Counted from the stretch's first letter, positions 7,223 through 16,758 are shown. The stretch is 24,919 bases of DNA from Candidatus Scalinduaceae bacterium (GCA_046759445.1 JBHICG010000050.1:1-24919); one strand, 5' to 3'. Notes: generated by a model not told the origin, from the sequence alone. Numbers and translations are program-made.

Positions 7223-10137
7223 GAAAACGGATAGAAATATTTACGAGAGAAGAATTTCCTGATTCCCTTGGGAATGAAACAAAATCAGAGGTTGAGAATA
7301 TTGGAATTACGTCAGTAGATGAGGTACGCATGGTACGTGTATATTTAATAGACGGAGACTTGTCAAATCAAGATATCAAACGCATTTGCAATGAGTTGTT
7401 GACAGATAAGCTGACACAGGATTACGTTTATTATAATGGGACATCCATCCCGCCAGACAATATTTACAAAGGTAAGGCGGGGTCAGTACAGAAAAGATAT
7501 AAAGATAGTATTACTTATACGATTGAGATAGCTCGTAAACGAGGTGTGATGGATCCAGTGGAATCTACCGTAATTAAGGGGATTAAGGATTTAGGTATTA
7601 ATGCCAATTCAGTTAAGACTGCAAAGAGATTTTTGATAACTGGCGGACTTAGTATTAATCAGATTGAAACTATCGCCAATAAAGTACTTGCTAATAAGAT
7701 TATAGAGGATGTTTTTATAAACAAAGATAGTCTGTTTTATGAAAATAAAACAGAAGCAATAGATTATGTATTTAGAAAAAATGAGTGCGAGATATTAAAT
7801 GTAGACGATAAACAGCTTCAGTCGATTAGCGAAAAAAGGCAATTATATCTTAACCCCCAGGAAATGGAAACAATACAAAAGTATTTTGCTTCACTGGGCA
7901 GAAACCCAACTGATGTGGAATTGGAAACTATTGCTCAGACATGGTCTGAACACTGTATGCATAAAACATTTAGAGGGATAATAGAATATAATGGGGAGTA
8001 TATTGACAACCTTTTAGCTAGTACGATTATGAAGGTGACTTCAGAATTGAATAAACCGTGGTGTGTCTCTGTGTTTAAGGATAATGCCGGCATAATCGAA
8101 TTTGATGAGGAATATGATATTTGTTTTAAAGCAGAGACACACAATCATCCGTCCGCAATAGAACCTTATGGCGGAGCAAATACAGGATTAGGTGGTGTCA
8201 TTAGAGATACATTAGGTACTGGCCTTGGTGCAAAACCAATTTTGAATACAGATATTTTCTGTTTTGGGCCATTGGATATGCCTCAAGATAAGATACCGGA
8301 GGGTGTGCTGCATCCCAAAAGGATATTTAAGGGAGTAGTGGCGGGCGTTAGGGATTATGGCAATCGTATGGGTATACCTACAGCAAACGGCGCTATCTTC
8401 TTTGATGAAAGATATACAAGCAATCCACTTGTTTATTGCGGAAACGTTGGGTTGATTCCAAAGGATAAGTGTGAAAAAAAATCACACGAAGGAGATTTAA
8501 TCTTACTTGTTGGTGGAAGGACTGGAAGGGACGGTATCCACGGGGCAACGTTTTCGTCAATAGAATTAACACAACAATCTGAGGTAGTATCTGGAGGTGC
8601 GGTGCAAATTGGTAATCCAATTATGGAAAAGAAGGTTACAGACGCACTCTTAATGGCGCGAGATCGTGGTTTGTATAATAATATTACTGATTGTGGTGCA
8701 GGAGGCCTTTCCTCCGCTGTGGGTGAAATGGGAAAAGACCTCGGAGCTGTCGTTGACCTTGAAAAAGTGACTCTTAAGTACGAGGGACTGTCTTATTCAG
8801 AAATTTGGATTTCCGAAGCCCAGGAAAGGATGGTCCTTTCTGTACCGCCAGAAAACAAGGAGGAGATCAAGACAATATTCCAGCAAGATGATGTTGAGGC
8901 GACATTTATTGGGGAGTTTACGGGTGATAAGAGATTGCGTTTGAGTTATAAGGGTAAAACAGTTGCAGACATAGAAATGGATTTCTTGCATAATGGATTA
9001 CCTAGAATTGAACGCAAGGCCATATGGCAATCAACATCTAATGAAGAGACTAAAATAGTAGAAAAAAAGAATTACGGTGAAGATTTGAAAAAAATTCTAT
9101 CTTCATGGAATGTTTGCAGTAAAGAATGGGTAATTCGTCAGTACGATCATGAAGTACAGGGTGGAAGTGTCCTGAAACCACTGCAGGGAGTGAATAATGA
9201 TGGTCCCGGAGATGCTTGCATAGTAAGACCACTCTTGAGTTCCAACAAAGGCATAATCGTCTCGAATGGTATGAATCCCATGTACGGAGATATAGATCCT
9301 TATCATATGGCTGCTTCGGCTATTGATGAGGCATTAAGACAGATAATATCAGTGGGTGGTAGTCTGGATAGGGTTGCGCTACTTGATAACTTTAGCTGGG
9401 GTAATACAAATAAACCTGAATGCCTTGGTGGTCTTGTTAGAGCAGCGAAAGGGTGTTATGATACAGCGTTGGGTTATGAAACCCCGTTCATATCAGGTAA
9501 GGATAGTTTGAATAATGAATTTAAAGTTGATGATAAAACTGTTTCTATACCACCTTCTCTGTTAATATCTGCTATATGTGTGATGCCGGATGTTACCAAG
9601 GCGATATCTATGGACGTGAAGGAACAGGGCAATCTTATATATATTTTGGGTTTAACTAAAGATGAACTTGGTGGTTCGCATTATTACTATATACATGGTT
9701 TTAAAGGTAATTCGGTTCCAGGAGTAAACACAAAGACAGGTAAAGGTGTTATGGATTTACTGGCAAGTGCTATAGAAAAAGGATTAGTTAGATCATGTCA
9801 TGATTGTTCAGAGGGTGGACTTGTTGTTGCTGCAGCAGAGATGAGTTTTGCGGGTGGATACGGTATAGAATTGGATTTGTCTCTGGTACCGATTGAAGAA
9901 GGCGTTGATGGGGATGATGTCATTCTCTTTTCGGAAACTAATACACGATTTATCGTTGAAGTACAACCTCAGAATCAGAAAGAATTTGAGGAAATAATTA
10001 ATGGTATTCCGTATGGATGTATCGGGAAGGTTTTGGATAATGAAGCATTTACAGTTCTATCGCAAAGCGGAAAAAAGATTATATCCGAAAAGATTTTTGA
10101 TCTTAAGAAGGTATGGCAGGAAGCGCTAAGGCTGTAA
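7219..10137 (+). CDS. purL: Phosphoribosylformylglycinamidine synthase subunit PurL with N-terminal PurS-like domains
   Basis: Motifs WSEHCMHK, KAETHNHPS, DCGAGG, SEAQERM and SGKDSL. It has no glutaminase domain, which is supplied by the downstream purQ. ATGA overlap with tyrA. Confidence 0.96.
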   Translation: MRKRIEIFTREEFPDSLGNETKSEVENIGITSVDEVRMVRVYLIDGDLSNQDIKRICNELLTDKLTQDYVYYNGTSIPPDNIYKGKAGSVQKRYKDSITYTIEIARKRGVMDPVESTVIKGIKDLGINANSVKTAKRFLITGGLSINQIETIANKVLANKIIEDVFINKDSLFYENKTEAIDYVFRKNECEILNVDDKQLQSISEKRQLYLNPQEMETIQKYFASLGRNPTDVELETIAQTWSEHCMHKTFRGIIEYNGEYIDNLLASTIMKVTSELNKPWCVSVFKDNAGIIEFDEEYDICFKAETHNHPSAIEPYGGANTGLGGVIRDTLGTGLGAKPILNTDIFCFGPLDMPQDKIPEGVLHPKRIFKGVVAGVRDYGNRMGIPTANGAIFFDERYTSNPLVYCGNVGLIPKDKCEKKSHEGDLILLVGGRTGRDGIHGATFSSIELTQQSEVVSGGAVQIGNPIMEKKVTDALLMARDRGLYNNITDCGAGGLSSAVGEMGKDLGAVVDLEKVTLKYEGLSYSEIWISEAQERMVLSVPPENKEEIKTIFQQDDVEATFIGEFTGDKRLRLSYKGKTVADIEMDFLHNGLPRIERKAIWQSTSNEETKIVEKKNYGEDLKKILSSWNVCSKEWVIRQYDHEVQGGSVLKPLQGVNNDGPGDACIVRPLLSSNKGIIVSNGMNPMYGDIDPYHMAASAIDEALRQIISVGGSLDRVALLDNFSWGNTNKPECLGGLVRAAKGCYDTALGYETPFISGKDSLNNEFKVDDKTVSIPPSLLISAICVMPDVTKAISMDVKEQGNLIYILGLTKDELGGSHYYYIHGFKGNSVPGVNTKTGKGVMDLLASAIEKGLVRSCHDCSEGGLVVAAAEMSFAGGYGIELDLSLVPIEEGVDGDDVILFSETNTRFIVEVQPQNQKEFEEIINGIPYGCIGKVLDNEAFTVLSQSGKKIISEKIFDLKKVWQEALRL

Positions 10138-10189
10138 GGGTCATATATATAAGAAGATAGGGATATATCCTTTTTGAAATCAGGAAATA

Positions 10190-10607
10190 ATGAGGGAAGT
10201 GCTACGAAGGGTGAGGGGCGAGAGAAGAGGGACGAAAAGGATAAATAGTGTAAGAGATTTAGAGGTTTATAAAATTGCATTTGATACAGCAATGGAAATA
10301 TTTGAAATTTCAAAAAGATTTCCTAATGAAGAAAAATATTCTTTAACAGATCAAATACGTAGATCCTCCAGATCAGTGTGTGCAAATCTCGCAGAAGGTT
10401 GGCGAAAACGAAGATATAAAGCGGTGTTTATTAATAAGTTATCGGATATAGCACAAGAAGCGGCAGAAACACACAACCTGGTTAGAGTTTGCATTAAAAT
10501 GCAATTATGTTAGTGAAGAGATGTTTGAAAAACTGGATGAAAGATATGAGCATGTCTTTGCAATGCTCATATCAATGGAACGAAAAGTAGATAGCTTTTG
10601 CATGTAA
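10190..10607 (+). pseudogene. Four-helix-bundle protein (23S rRNA IVS-protein / Avd-like family), frameshifted
   Basis: DLEVYK...FPNEEKYSLTDQIRRSSRSVCANLAEG is the family signature. Removing one base in GAAACACACAACCTGG (~10466-10481) restores ETQTWLEFALKCNYVSEEMFEKLDERYEHVFAMLISMERKVDSFCM* (stop ends 10607). The frameshift could also be a sequencing error. Confidence 0.85.
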
Positions 10608-10727
10608 GAAGTAACGAATATGAGAAACGTGTTCGTCCGTCATCCTAGCGAGCTAAATGAGCGGTCGGCTATCGTCTGTCCTTAACAAAAAGTAAGTAAT
10701 TGGTAAAAGTGTAAAAGTAACGAGAAG

Positions 10728-11561
10728 ATGATTAAGTCACAAAATAAATTTAGACCTAAGGCCATAATCCTTCGCACAGCGGGGACTAATTGCGATTATG
10801 AGACGAAATATGCACTTGAAAAAGCAGGCGCTATTGTTGATTTAATACATATCAATAAACTGCTCAAGGAAAAAGACCTTTTAGGCCTATATCAGATACT
10901 TGTGTTACCGGGTGGATTTACTTATGGAGATGATATTGCTGCCGGGAAAGTCTTGGCAAATCAACTCAGGCATCATTTATTAGCTGAGCTTATACAATTT
11001 GTTGATGATGGTAAATTGATTTTTGGGATTTGTAATGGCTTTCAGGTCTTAATAAAGATGGGGTTATTACCGGGGTTTAATGGGATTCAATCTTCTTTAA
11101 ACGGACATAAACGGGAGTTTACCCTTACTTATAATGATTCCAACAAGTTTGAAGATAGGTGGGTACATTTAAAGGTGTTTTCAAATAAGTCTGTCTTTAT
11201 TGATAGAGATACTGTATTATACATCCCTGTGGCGCATGCAGAGGGAAAGTTTATTGGAGAGAATGAAGACAAGCTAAGAATGCTTGTTGAATCGGAACAG
11301 ATAATTTTTAAGTATGTTGATAAAGATGGTAACGAACTAGGTTATCCATGGAATCCCAATGGTTCGGTTATCAATATAGCTGGAATCTGTGACCCTACTG
11401 GACGAATTCTCGGCATGATGCCGCATCCTGAACGTTATATCGAACCGACTCAGCATCCACGGTGGACACGGGAGGGATTAAAAGCAGAAGGAGACGGAAT
11501 TATAATTTTCCGAAAAGCCGTTGATTATGTTAGGAAAGAAATGAAAGAGAAAAGATTATGA
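10728..11561 (+). CDS. purQ: Phosphoribosylformylglycinamidine synthase glutaminase subunit
   Basis: Motifs GTNCDYE, PGGFTYGD, GICNGFQ (catalytic Cys), AHAEG, NPNGS and MMPHPER. Confidence 0.96.
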   Translation: MIKSQNKFRPKAIILRTAGTNCDYETKYALEKAGAIVDLIHINKLLKEKDLLGLYQILVLPGGFTYGDDIAAGKVLANQLRHHLLAELIQFVDDGKLIFGICNGFQVLIKMGLLPGFNGIQSSLNGHKREFTLTYNDSNKFEDRWVHLKVFSNKSVFIDRDTVLYIPVAHAEGKFIGENEDKLRMLVESEQIIFKYVDKDGNELGYPWNPNGSVINIAGICDPTGRILGMMPHPERYIEPTQHPRWTREGLKAEGDGIIIFRKAVDYVRKEMKEKRL

Positions 11562-12037
11562 GTAAGCATGAAGTAGACATAAGTCCTGTAAAAGATATTG
11601 TTTCAAAATTTTGTAATAATGATGCTTCTAATCTTATTGCAATTTTACAACAAACACAAGATACATATGGGTATTTACCGAAGATTGCTTTAAAGGAAGT
11701 ATCAAGACTGGCTAAAATTCCATTGCCCAGGGTTTTTGGTGTTGTCACGTTTTATTCCCAATTTACTTTAATACCTCGTGGCAAACATGCGATAAAGATT
11801 TGTAGTGGTACCGCCTGCCATGTAAAGGGTGCAAACGATGTAAAGCAAAAGATGAAGGAGCAATTAAAGGTGGAAGAGGGAGAAACAACGCCAGACTATC
11901 AATTTACACTGGAAACTGTAGCATGTATTGGAACATGCTTTCTTGCTCCTGTGATGATGGTAGATGAACGATATTTTGGTAAGTTAACGGCTAATAAAGC
12001 ATCAGATATTATCCAGAAATATTCAGAAAAAACTTAG
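11558..12037 (+). CDS. nuoE: NuoE/HydC-like [2Fe-2S] subunit of an NAD(P)H-dependent oxidoreductase
   Basis: TFYSQF, CSGTACHVKG and ACIGTCFLAP [2Fe-2S] motifs. Confidence 0.88.
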   Translation: MSKHEVDISPVKDIVSKFCNNDASNLIAILQQTQDTYGYLPKIALKEVSRLAKIPLPRVFGVVTFYSQFTLIPRGKHAIKICSGTACHVKGANDVKQKMKEQLKVEEGETTPDYQFTLETVACIGTCFLAPVMMVDERYFGKLTANKASDIIQKYSEKT

Positions 12038-12046
12038 GAGTAGAAA

Positions 12047-13687
12047 ATGCTAGGAAGTTTGAAATCGTATGATGATTTTATCGCCGCAAAAAAAATATGT
12101 GAAGAAAAGTTTAGGCAAGATAAGGTTAGAGTAAATGTATGCATGACTGGTTGTCGGGCCTTGGGTGCTGAAGAGGTATGCGATGAATTTAAAAAGCAGC
12201 TTGAAAACCAAAAATTGGGGGACAAGGTTGAGATTGTTGAGACCGGTTGTCAAGGCTTATGCGCAAGGGCGCCAGTTGTTACTATTGAACCACTAGGAGT
12301 TTTTTATGGTAGAGTTACACCTGAAATTGTTCCCGAAATCATATCCAGTACAATCGAAGAGGGTAAGGTTATAAATAAACTTTGTTACGTAGAGGCAGGG
12401 AAGAGAATACCTTATATAAAAGATGTTCCTTTTTACAATAAACAAAAAAAGGTTGTTCTTAGAAACTGTGGAATAATTGATCCAAACAATATTGAACAAT
12501 ATATAGCCAGAAAAGGATATGAGGGTTTTACAAAAGCGCTTCTTAAGCTTAAGCAAGTAGACATTATCAATGAGATTAAAGATTCTGGCTTAAGGGGGCG
12601 CGGTGGTGCAGGTTTCCCAACAGGGATTAAGTGGGAATTTGCTAAAAAAGCAAAGGGAGATGCTAAATATATAATATGCAATGCAGATGAAGGCGACCCC
12701 GGCGCTTTCATGGATAGAGCAGTGCTAGAAGGTGATCCTCATGCAGTAATTGAGGGGATGCTTATAGCCGCATTTGCAATTGGCTCAGAAAAAGGCTTTA
12801 TATACGTTCGCGCTGAATATCCAATTGCTATAAAACATGTAGAAAAAGCCATTGCACAGGCAAGACAGTTAAATTTACTTGGAGGTAATATCCTGGGTTC
12901 AGGGTTTAAGTTTGATCTGGAGATTAAAAAGGGGGCAGGCGCTTTTGTCTGCGGTGAAGAGACGGCATTGATTGCTTCAATTGAAGGTAAAAGGGGAATG
13001 CCTCGCACACGTCCTCCTTTTCCTGCAAATTCAGGGTTATGGGGCAAACCTACTAACATAAATAATGTAGAAACATTAGCTAATATACCCATAATAATTC
13101 TTAATGGTTCAGAATCGTATAAACAATATGGCACAAAAAACGGTACTGGCACAAAGATATTTGCGCTGGCTGGAAAGGTAAAGAATACCGGATTGGTGGA
13201 AGTTCCAATGGGCACAACTCTTCGAGAGATTGTCTTTGACATTGGTGGCGGTATACCTGGTCATCGTCAATTTAAAGCTGCACAGATGGGGGGCCCCTCT
13301 GGTGGGTGTGTGCCCGCAGAACACCTGGATTTACCCATTGACTACGAAACAGTAAAGGAAGTTGGCGCCATTATGGGATCTGGTGGGCTCATTGTTATGG
13401 ATGGTGATACGTCAATGGTTGAGATTTCCAAATATTTTATGGATTTTGTTCAGGACGAGTCTTGTGGAAAGTGTGTTCCCTGCAGGATTGGCACTAAAAG
13501 AATGTTAGATGTATTAACGAGGATAAACGATGGAAATGGACGTAAAAGCGATATAGAAGATTTGAAGGAAATGGCTTATGTTACGAAATCGGCTTCTCTA
13601 TGCGGACTTGGTCAAACGGCACCTAATCCAGTATTATCAACACTTAGGTATTTTTTGAATGAATATGAGGAACTTGTTGAGACTTAA
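12047..13687 (+). CDS. nuoF: NuoF/HydB-like FMN/NAD-binding subunit with N-terminal thioredoxin-like [2Fe-2S] domain
   Basis: Motifs SGLRGRGGAGFP, CNADEGDPGAFMDR, GAGAFVCGEETAL and ESCGKCVPCRIG...SLCGLG. N-terminal CMTGC...GCQGLC. Confidence 0.9.
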   Translation: MLGSLKSYDDFIAAKKICEEKFRQDKVRVNVCMTGCRALGAEEVCDEFKKQLENQKLGDKVEIVETGCQGLCARAPVVTIEPLGVFYGRVTPEIVPEIISSTIEEGKVINKLCYVEAGKRIPYIKDVPFYNKQKKVVLRNCGIIDPNNIEQYIARKGYEGFTKALLKLKQVDIINEIKDSGLRGRGGAGFPTGIKWEFAKKAKGDAKYIICNADEGDPGAFMDRAVLEGDPHAVIEGMLIAAFAIGSEKGFIYVRAEYPIAIKHVEKAIAQARQLNLLGGNILGSGFKFDLEIKKGAGAFVCGEETALIASIEGKRGMPRTRPPFPANSGLWGKPTNINNVETLANIPIIILNGSESYKQYGTKNGTGTKIFALAGKVKNTGLVEVPMGTTLREIVFDIGGGIPGHRQFKAAQMGGPSGGCVPAEHLDLPIDYETVKEVGAIMGSGGLIVMDGDTSMVEISKYFMDFVQDESCGKCVPCRIGTKRMLDVLTRINDGNGRKSDIEDLKEMAYVTKSASLCGLGQTAPNPVLSTLRYFLNEYEELVET

Positions 13688-13741
13688 ATATCGCATGAAA
13701 ATGCGGCATTCAGGTTTTGACATTTGCTCGATGCAATTATT

Positions 13742-14503
13742 ATGAAAATAATTTCTGTAACAGGAACTGCAAGTAACGTAGGTAAAACTACTGTAGCATC
13801 GTATATTTTAAAGCGTTTATCGGACAGTGCATCTAAATTTGATAGACAAAGAGAACAGGTAGTTAGTGAGAGATATGGACGTGTACTCCAACATATAGGT
13901 GAGACTTCTTATAAAAGTGCGGAAAGCAAGTTTGATTTATCGCATTATGATAAAACTATGTGTGCCTTAAAAATCACGGTCAGGCACAAAGGTACTTGTC
14001 CCAGGCATACGGGGTGTGATACGTGCGATTCTGATTACGAGCCATTCAAGATTTTAACAGATGATGCTATTATAAAGGAGAAGGGGAAAGATACCGATCA
14101 GTTTTCGAGTGCGGGTGCAGATAAGGTTGTATGGTTACAAACTGATTCAGATGTAGAGCAAACTGGCATAGAATCCGCACTTGCATGTTTTAACAAAAAT
14201 GACACAATAATAGTTGAAGGCAATAGTTTTCTTCGTGTTCAAGATGCAGATGTATCTATCTTGGTTGCATCGCCTTCTGTAAAGAAAGCAAAAAAATCAA
14301 CAAAACATTTGATTAATAAAGATAAAATAGACCTTATTGCGATTAACGTGCATACAAAACATACCAACAAACAGATTGAAGAGTGTAAAGAACAATTAAT
14401 TGATCTTGGCTGCAGGGCACCAACTTTCGTTATCAATCCTTATATGGAAGACGGTTATCCTAATCAAATCTTTATTGATAGAATTCAGGGTATTTTATCC
14501 TAG
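13742..14503 (+). CDS. MobB-like P-loop NTPase with Cys cluster
   Basis: MKIISVTGTASNVGKTT (Walker A), CPRHTGCDTC, GKDT and IVEGNS. ATG 13742 preferred over TTG 13724. Confidence 0.7.
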   Translation: MKIISVTGTASNVGKTTVASYILKRLSDSASKFDRQREQVVSERYGRVLQHIGETSYKSAESKFDLSHYDKTMCALKITVRHKGTCPRHTGCDTCDSDYEPFKILTDDAIIKEKGKDTDQFSSAGADKVVWLQTDSDVEQTGIESALACFNKNDTIIVEGNSFLRVQDADVSILVASPSVKKAKKSTKHLINKDKIDLIAINVHTKHTNKQIEECKEQLIDLGCRAPTFVINPYMEDGYPNQIFIDRIQGILS

Positions 14504-14535
14504 TTAAACGATTTATGGCGTACTAAGTACTACAT

Positions 14536-14601
14536 TTCGTAAATAAGGTGACGTATTGTCTCGATATCATGACAGTTAAAATATGTCACCGTATTTACGA
14601 A
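14536..14601. repeat. 22-bp imperfect inverted repeat (long hairpin)
   Basis: TTCGTAAATAAGGTGACGTATT (14536-14557) / AATATGTCACCGTATTTACGAA (14580-14601). Confidence 0.8.
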
Positions 14602-14660
14602 CAAGAGCAATAAGTAATGGTTAGACCGTTTTTTTGGGAATCTGTTGCCTGCCATGTTGG

Positions 14661-14771
14661 ATAAAAGCTAAAGCGGCTGTTCCACCTAATAGTGGAACAG
14701 CTAAGGTGTTTTTGCCTTCTCAAAAACACCCCCTTAACTCCCTAGGAATTCAGGTGTTAGCAAGCTTTTAT
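14661..14771. other. Multi-hairpin intergenic element (candidate structured RNA or repeat)
   Basis: Outer stem ATAAAAGCT/AGCTTTTAT encloses two perfect 10-bp stems with 6-nt loops: GCTGTTCCAC/GTGGAACAGC (14676-14701) and GGTGTTTTTG/CAAAAACACC (14705-14730). Confidence 0.65.
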
Positions 14772-14814
14772 AAGAAAATTCAATTTGTGACCTTGTCGAG
14801 TATATAAAGGCTGA

Positions 14815-16758
14815 ATGACAAATCAAGAGTTGTCTAAAAAGAAATGGTTTTTTCCACCTTTGAACAAAAGTCTTAAAACTAAGATTGCCAATTCACTTCG
14901 TATCTCTCCAATATTATCACAAGTCCTAATTAACAGGGGTCTTAGCGATATAGAGTCAGCTAAGGCATTTTTGCAATCAAAACTCTCTTCACTTAGTGAC
15001 CCAATGCAATTGCCAGATATTGAAAAATCTAGTAAGAGGATTCTTGAGGCAATAAGAAAGGGTGAGAAAATTACCGTTTATGGAGATTATGATGTTGATG
15101 GCATTACGGCTACTGCATTGATGGTACAGTGTCTTGAGCTTCTCTCTAAATTATATGGTAAAGGAAAAGATGTAAATTTGCCTAATCCTAATATTGGTTA
15201 TTATATACCAGATCGTTTAGAAGAAGGTTATGGTCTGAATACAGAAGCAATTGAGATGTTAAGCAGAACGGGTACAAAGGTTATCATTACCGTTGATTGT
15301 GGTGTTAATTCTTTTGCGGAAGCTAAATTTGCCAAAGAAAATGGGATTGACCTTATAATCACCGATCATCATGAACCCTGCTTGCCTGAACAAAGTAGTC
15401 AAGCAGTTGAAATTCCTGATGTCCTACAGTGTGAGTCCGTAAATGATGTCAGATTATCAGGAGAGCAATCGGGCAGTTTTACACAGATTTGTGAAGATGC
15501 TTATGGTTTGATTAATCCAAAACTAGTAACTTCAGCTTATCCATTTAAAGAACTTTCAGGTGTAGGAATTGCTTTCATGCTTGCCTGGGCATTAGGGCAG
15601 GGCGCTTCTGACAATAAAAAAGTTGCGAATGAATTTAAAGATTTCCTTATGAACGCGATGGGGTTAGCAGCCTTGGGTACCATTGCTGACGTAGTTCCTT
15701 TACAACGGGAAAATAGGATATTGGCAAAATATGGTCTTAGTTCTTTGCAACATTCTGAACATCCAGGTATTAGGGCGTTAAAGGAAGTTGTTGGCCTTAA
15801 AGGCAAAAATATTAAGTCGTATCATGTGGGATTTTGTCTGAGTCCAAGGATTAATGCTGCTGGTAGGATTGGTAATGCAAGAATTGGTGTTGAAATGTTG
15901 ACTGTAAGGAGTGAAAGAAGAGCAAAAGAAATAGCCGTATACTTAGATAACGAAAATAAAAGGCGGCAAAAAATTCAAAGTAGCATATTGGAATCTGCAA
16001 GAAAAAAGGTTTTGGATAATGTAGACGTTAACTCTGAGATGGCAATTATTGTTTCTGATGACAACTGGCATCCTGGTGTAATAGGAATTGTGGCATCAAG
16101 GCTGGCAGAAGAATTTTATAGACCAGTGATTGTGATTGCAACTGATAAAGAAGTAGGACATGGTTCGGCGCGTTCAATACCTAATTTTCACATACATAAT
16201 GCCCTCGTGAAATGTCAGAAATTTTCTCCTAATAAAAAGATATTAATTTCATTTGGAGGTCACGAACAGGCGGCAGGACTGAGGGTCTTAAAAAAGGATA
16301 TTTCAGAGTTTAAGAAGTTATTTAATGATATTGCAATAGAACAGATGAAGAATAAAGATTTAAATCCAACACTTAATGTAGATGCAGAAATAGAATTATC
16401 ATCAATATCAACGGCTTTATTGAGAGAATTAAATCGTTTATCACCACATGGAGAAGGTAACCAAATTCCTTTATTTGCGGCTAGGGATGTAAGAATTGTC
16501 GGACAGGTGAGTCGTTTTGGTGTCAATGGTAATCATTTGAGTTTCTATGTCCGTCAGGGAGATGTTTCTTTGAGAGCCGTTGCATTCGGTATGGGGGAAA
16601 AAAAAGAAATGCTTAAGAAAGAGAATGGGAATTATTCTATAGCCTTTGTCCTCAGAGATCCACTCCAGTCAAAAATAAATAATCGCCAAGCATCTAACTA
16701 TGGCAGTGGATTTTATAAAGAAAATTTAGAACTAGAGATAAAGGATATTTCTACTTGA
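14815..16758 (+). CDS. recJ: Single-stranded-DNA-specific exonuclease RecJ
   Basis: Motifs YGDYDVDG, ITVDCG, TDHH, GTIADVV, PRINAAGR, GSARS and FGGHEQAAG. Confidence 0.96.
   Translation: MTNQELSKKKWFFPPLNKSLKTKIANSLRISPILSQVLINRGLSDIESAKAFLQSKLSSLSDPMQLPDIEKSSKRILEAIRKGEKITVYGDYDVDGITATALMVQCLELLSKLYGKGKDVNLPNPNIGYYIPDRLEEGYGLNTEAIEMLSRTGTKVIITVDCGVNSFAEAKFAKENGIDLIITDHHEPCLPEQSSQAVEIPDVLQCESVNDVRLSGEQSGSFTQICEDAYGLINPKLVTSAYPFKELSGVGIAFMLAWALGQGASDNKKVANEFKDFLMNAMGLAALGTIADVVPLQRENRILAKYGLSSLQHSEHPGIRALKEVVGLKGKNIKSYHVGFCLSPRINAAGRIGNARIGVEMLTVRSERRAKEIAVYLDNENKRRQKIQSSILESARKKVLDNVDVNSEMAIIVSDDNWHPGVIGIVASRLAEEFYRPVIVIATDKEVGHGSARSIPNFHIHNALVKCQKFSPNKKILISFGGHEQAAGLRVLKKDISEFKKLFNDIAIEQMKNKDLNPTLNVDAEIELSSISTALLRELNRLSPHGEGNQIPLFAARDVRIVGQVSRFGVNGNHLSFYVRQGDVSLRAVAFGMGEKKEMLKKENGNYSIAFVLRDPLQSKINNRQASNYGSGFYKENLELEIKDIST

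Noticed and set aside
10190..10607. Diversity-generating retroelement
   Set aside because: Only an Avd-like fold is present. There is no reverse transcriptase and no TR/VR pair with adenine-specific mismatches in the window.
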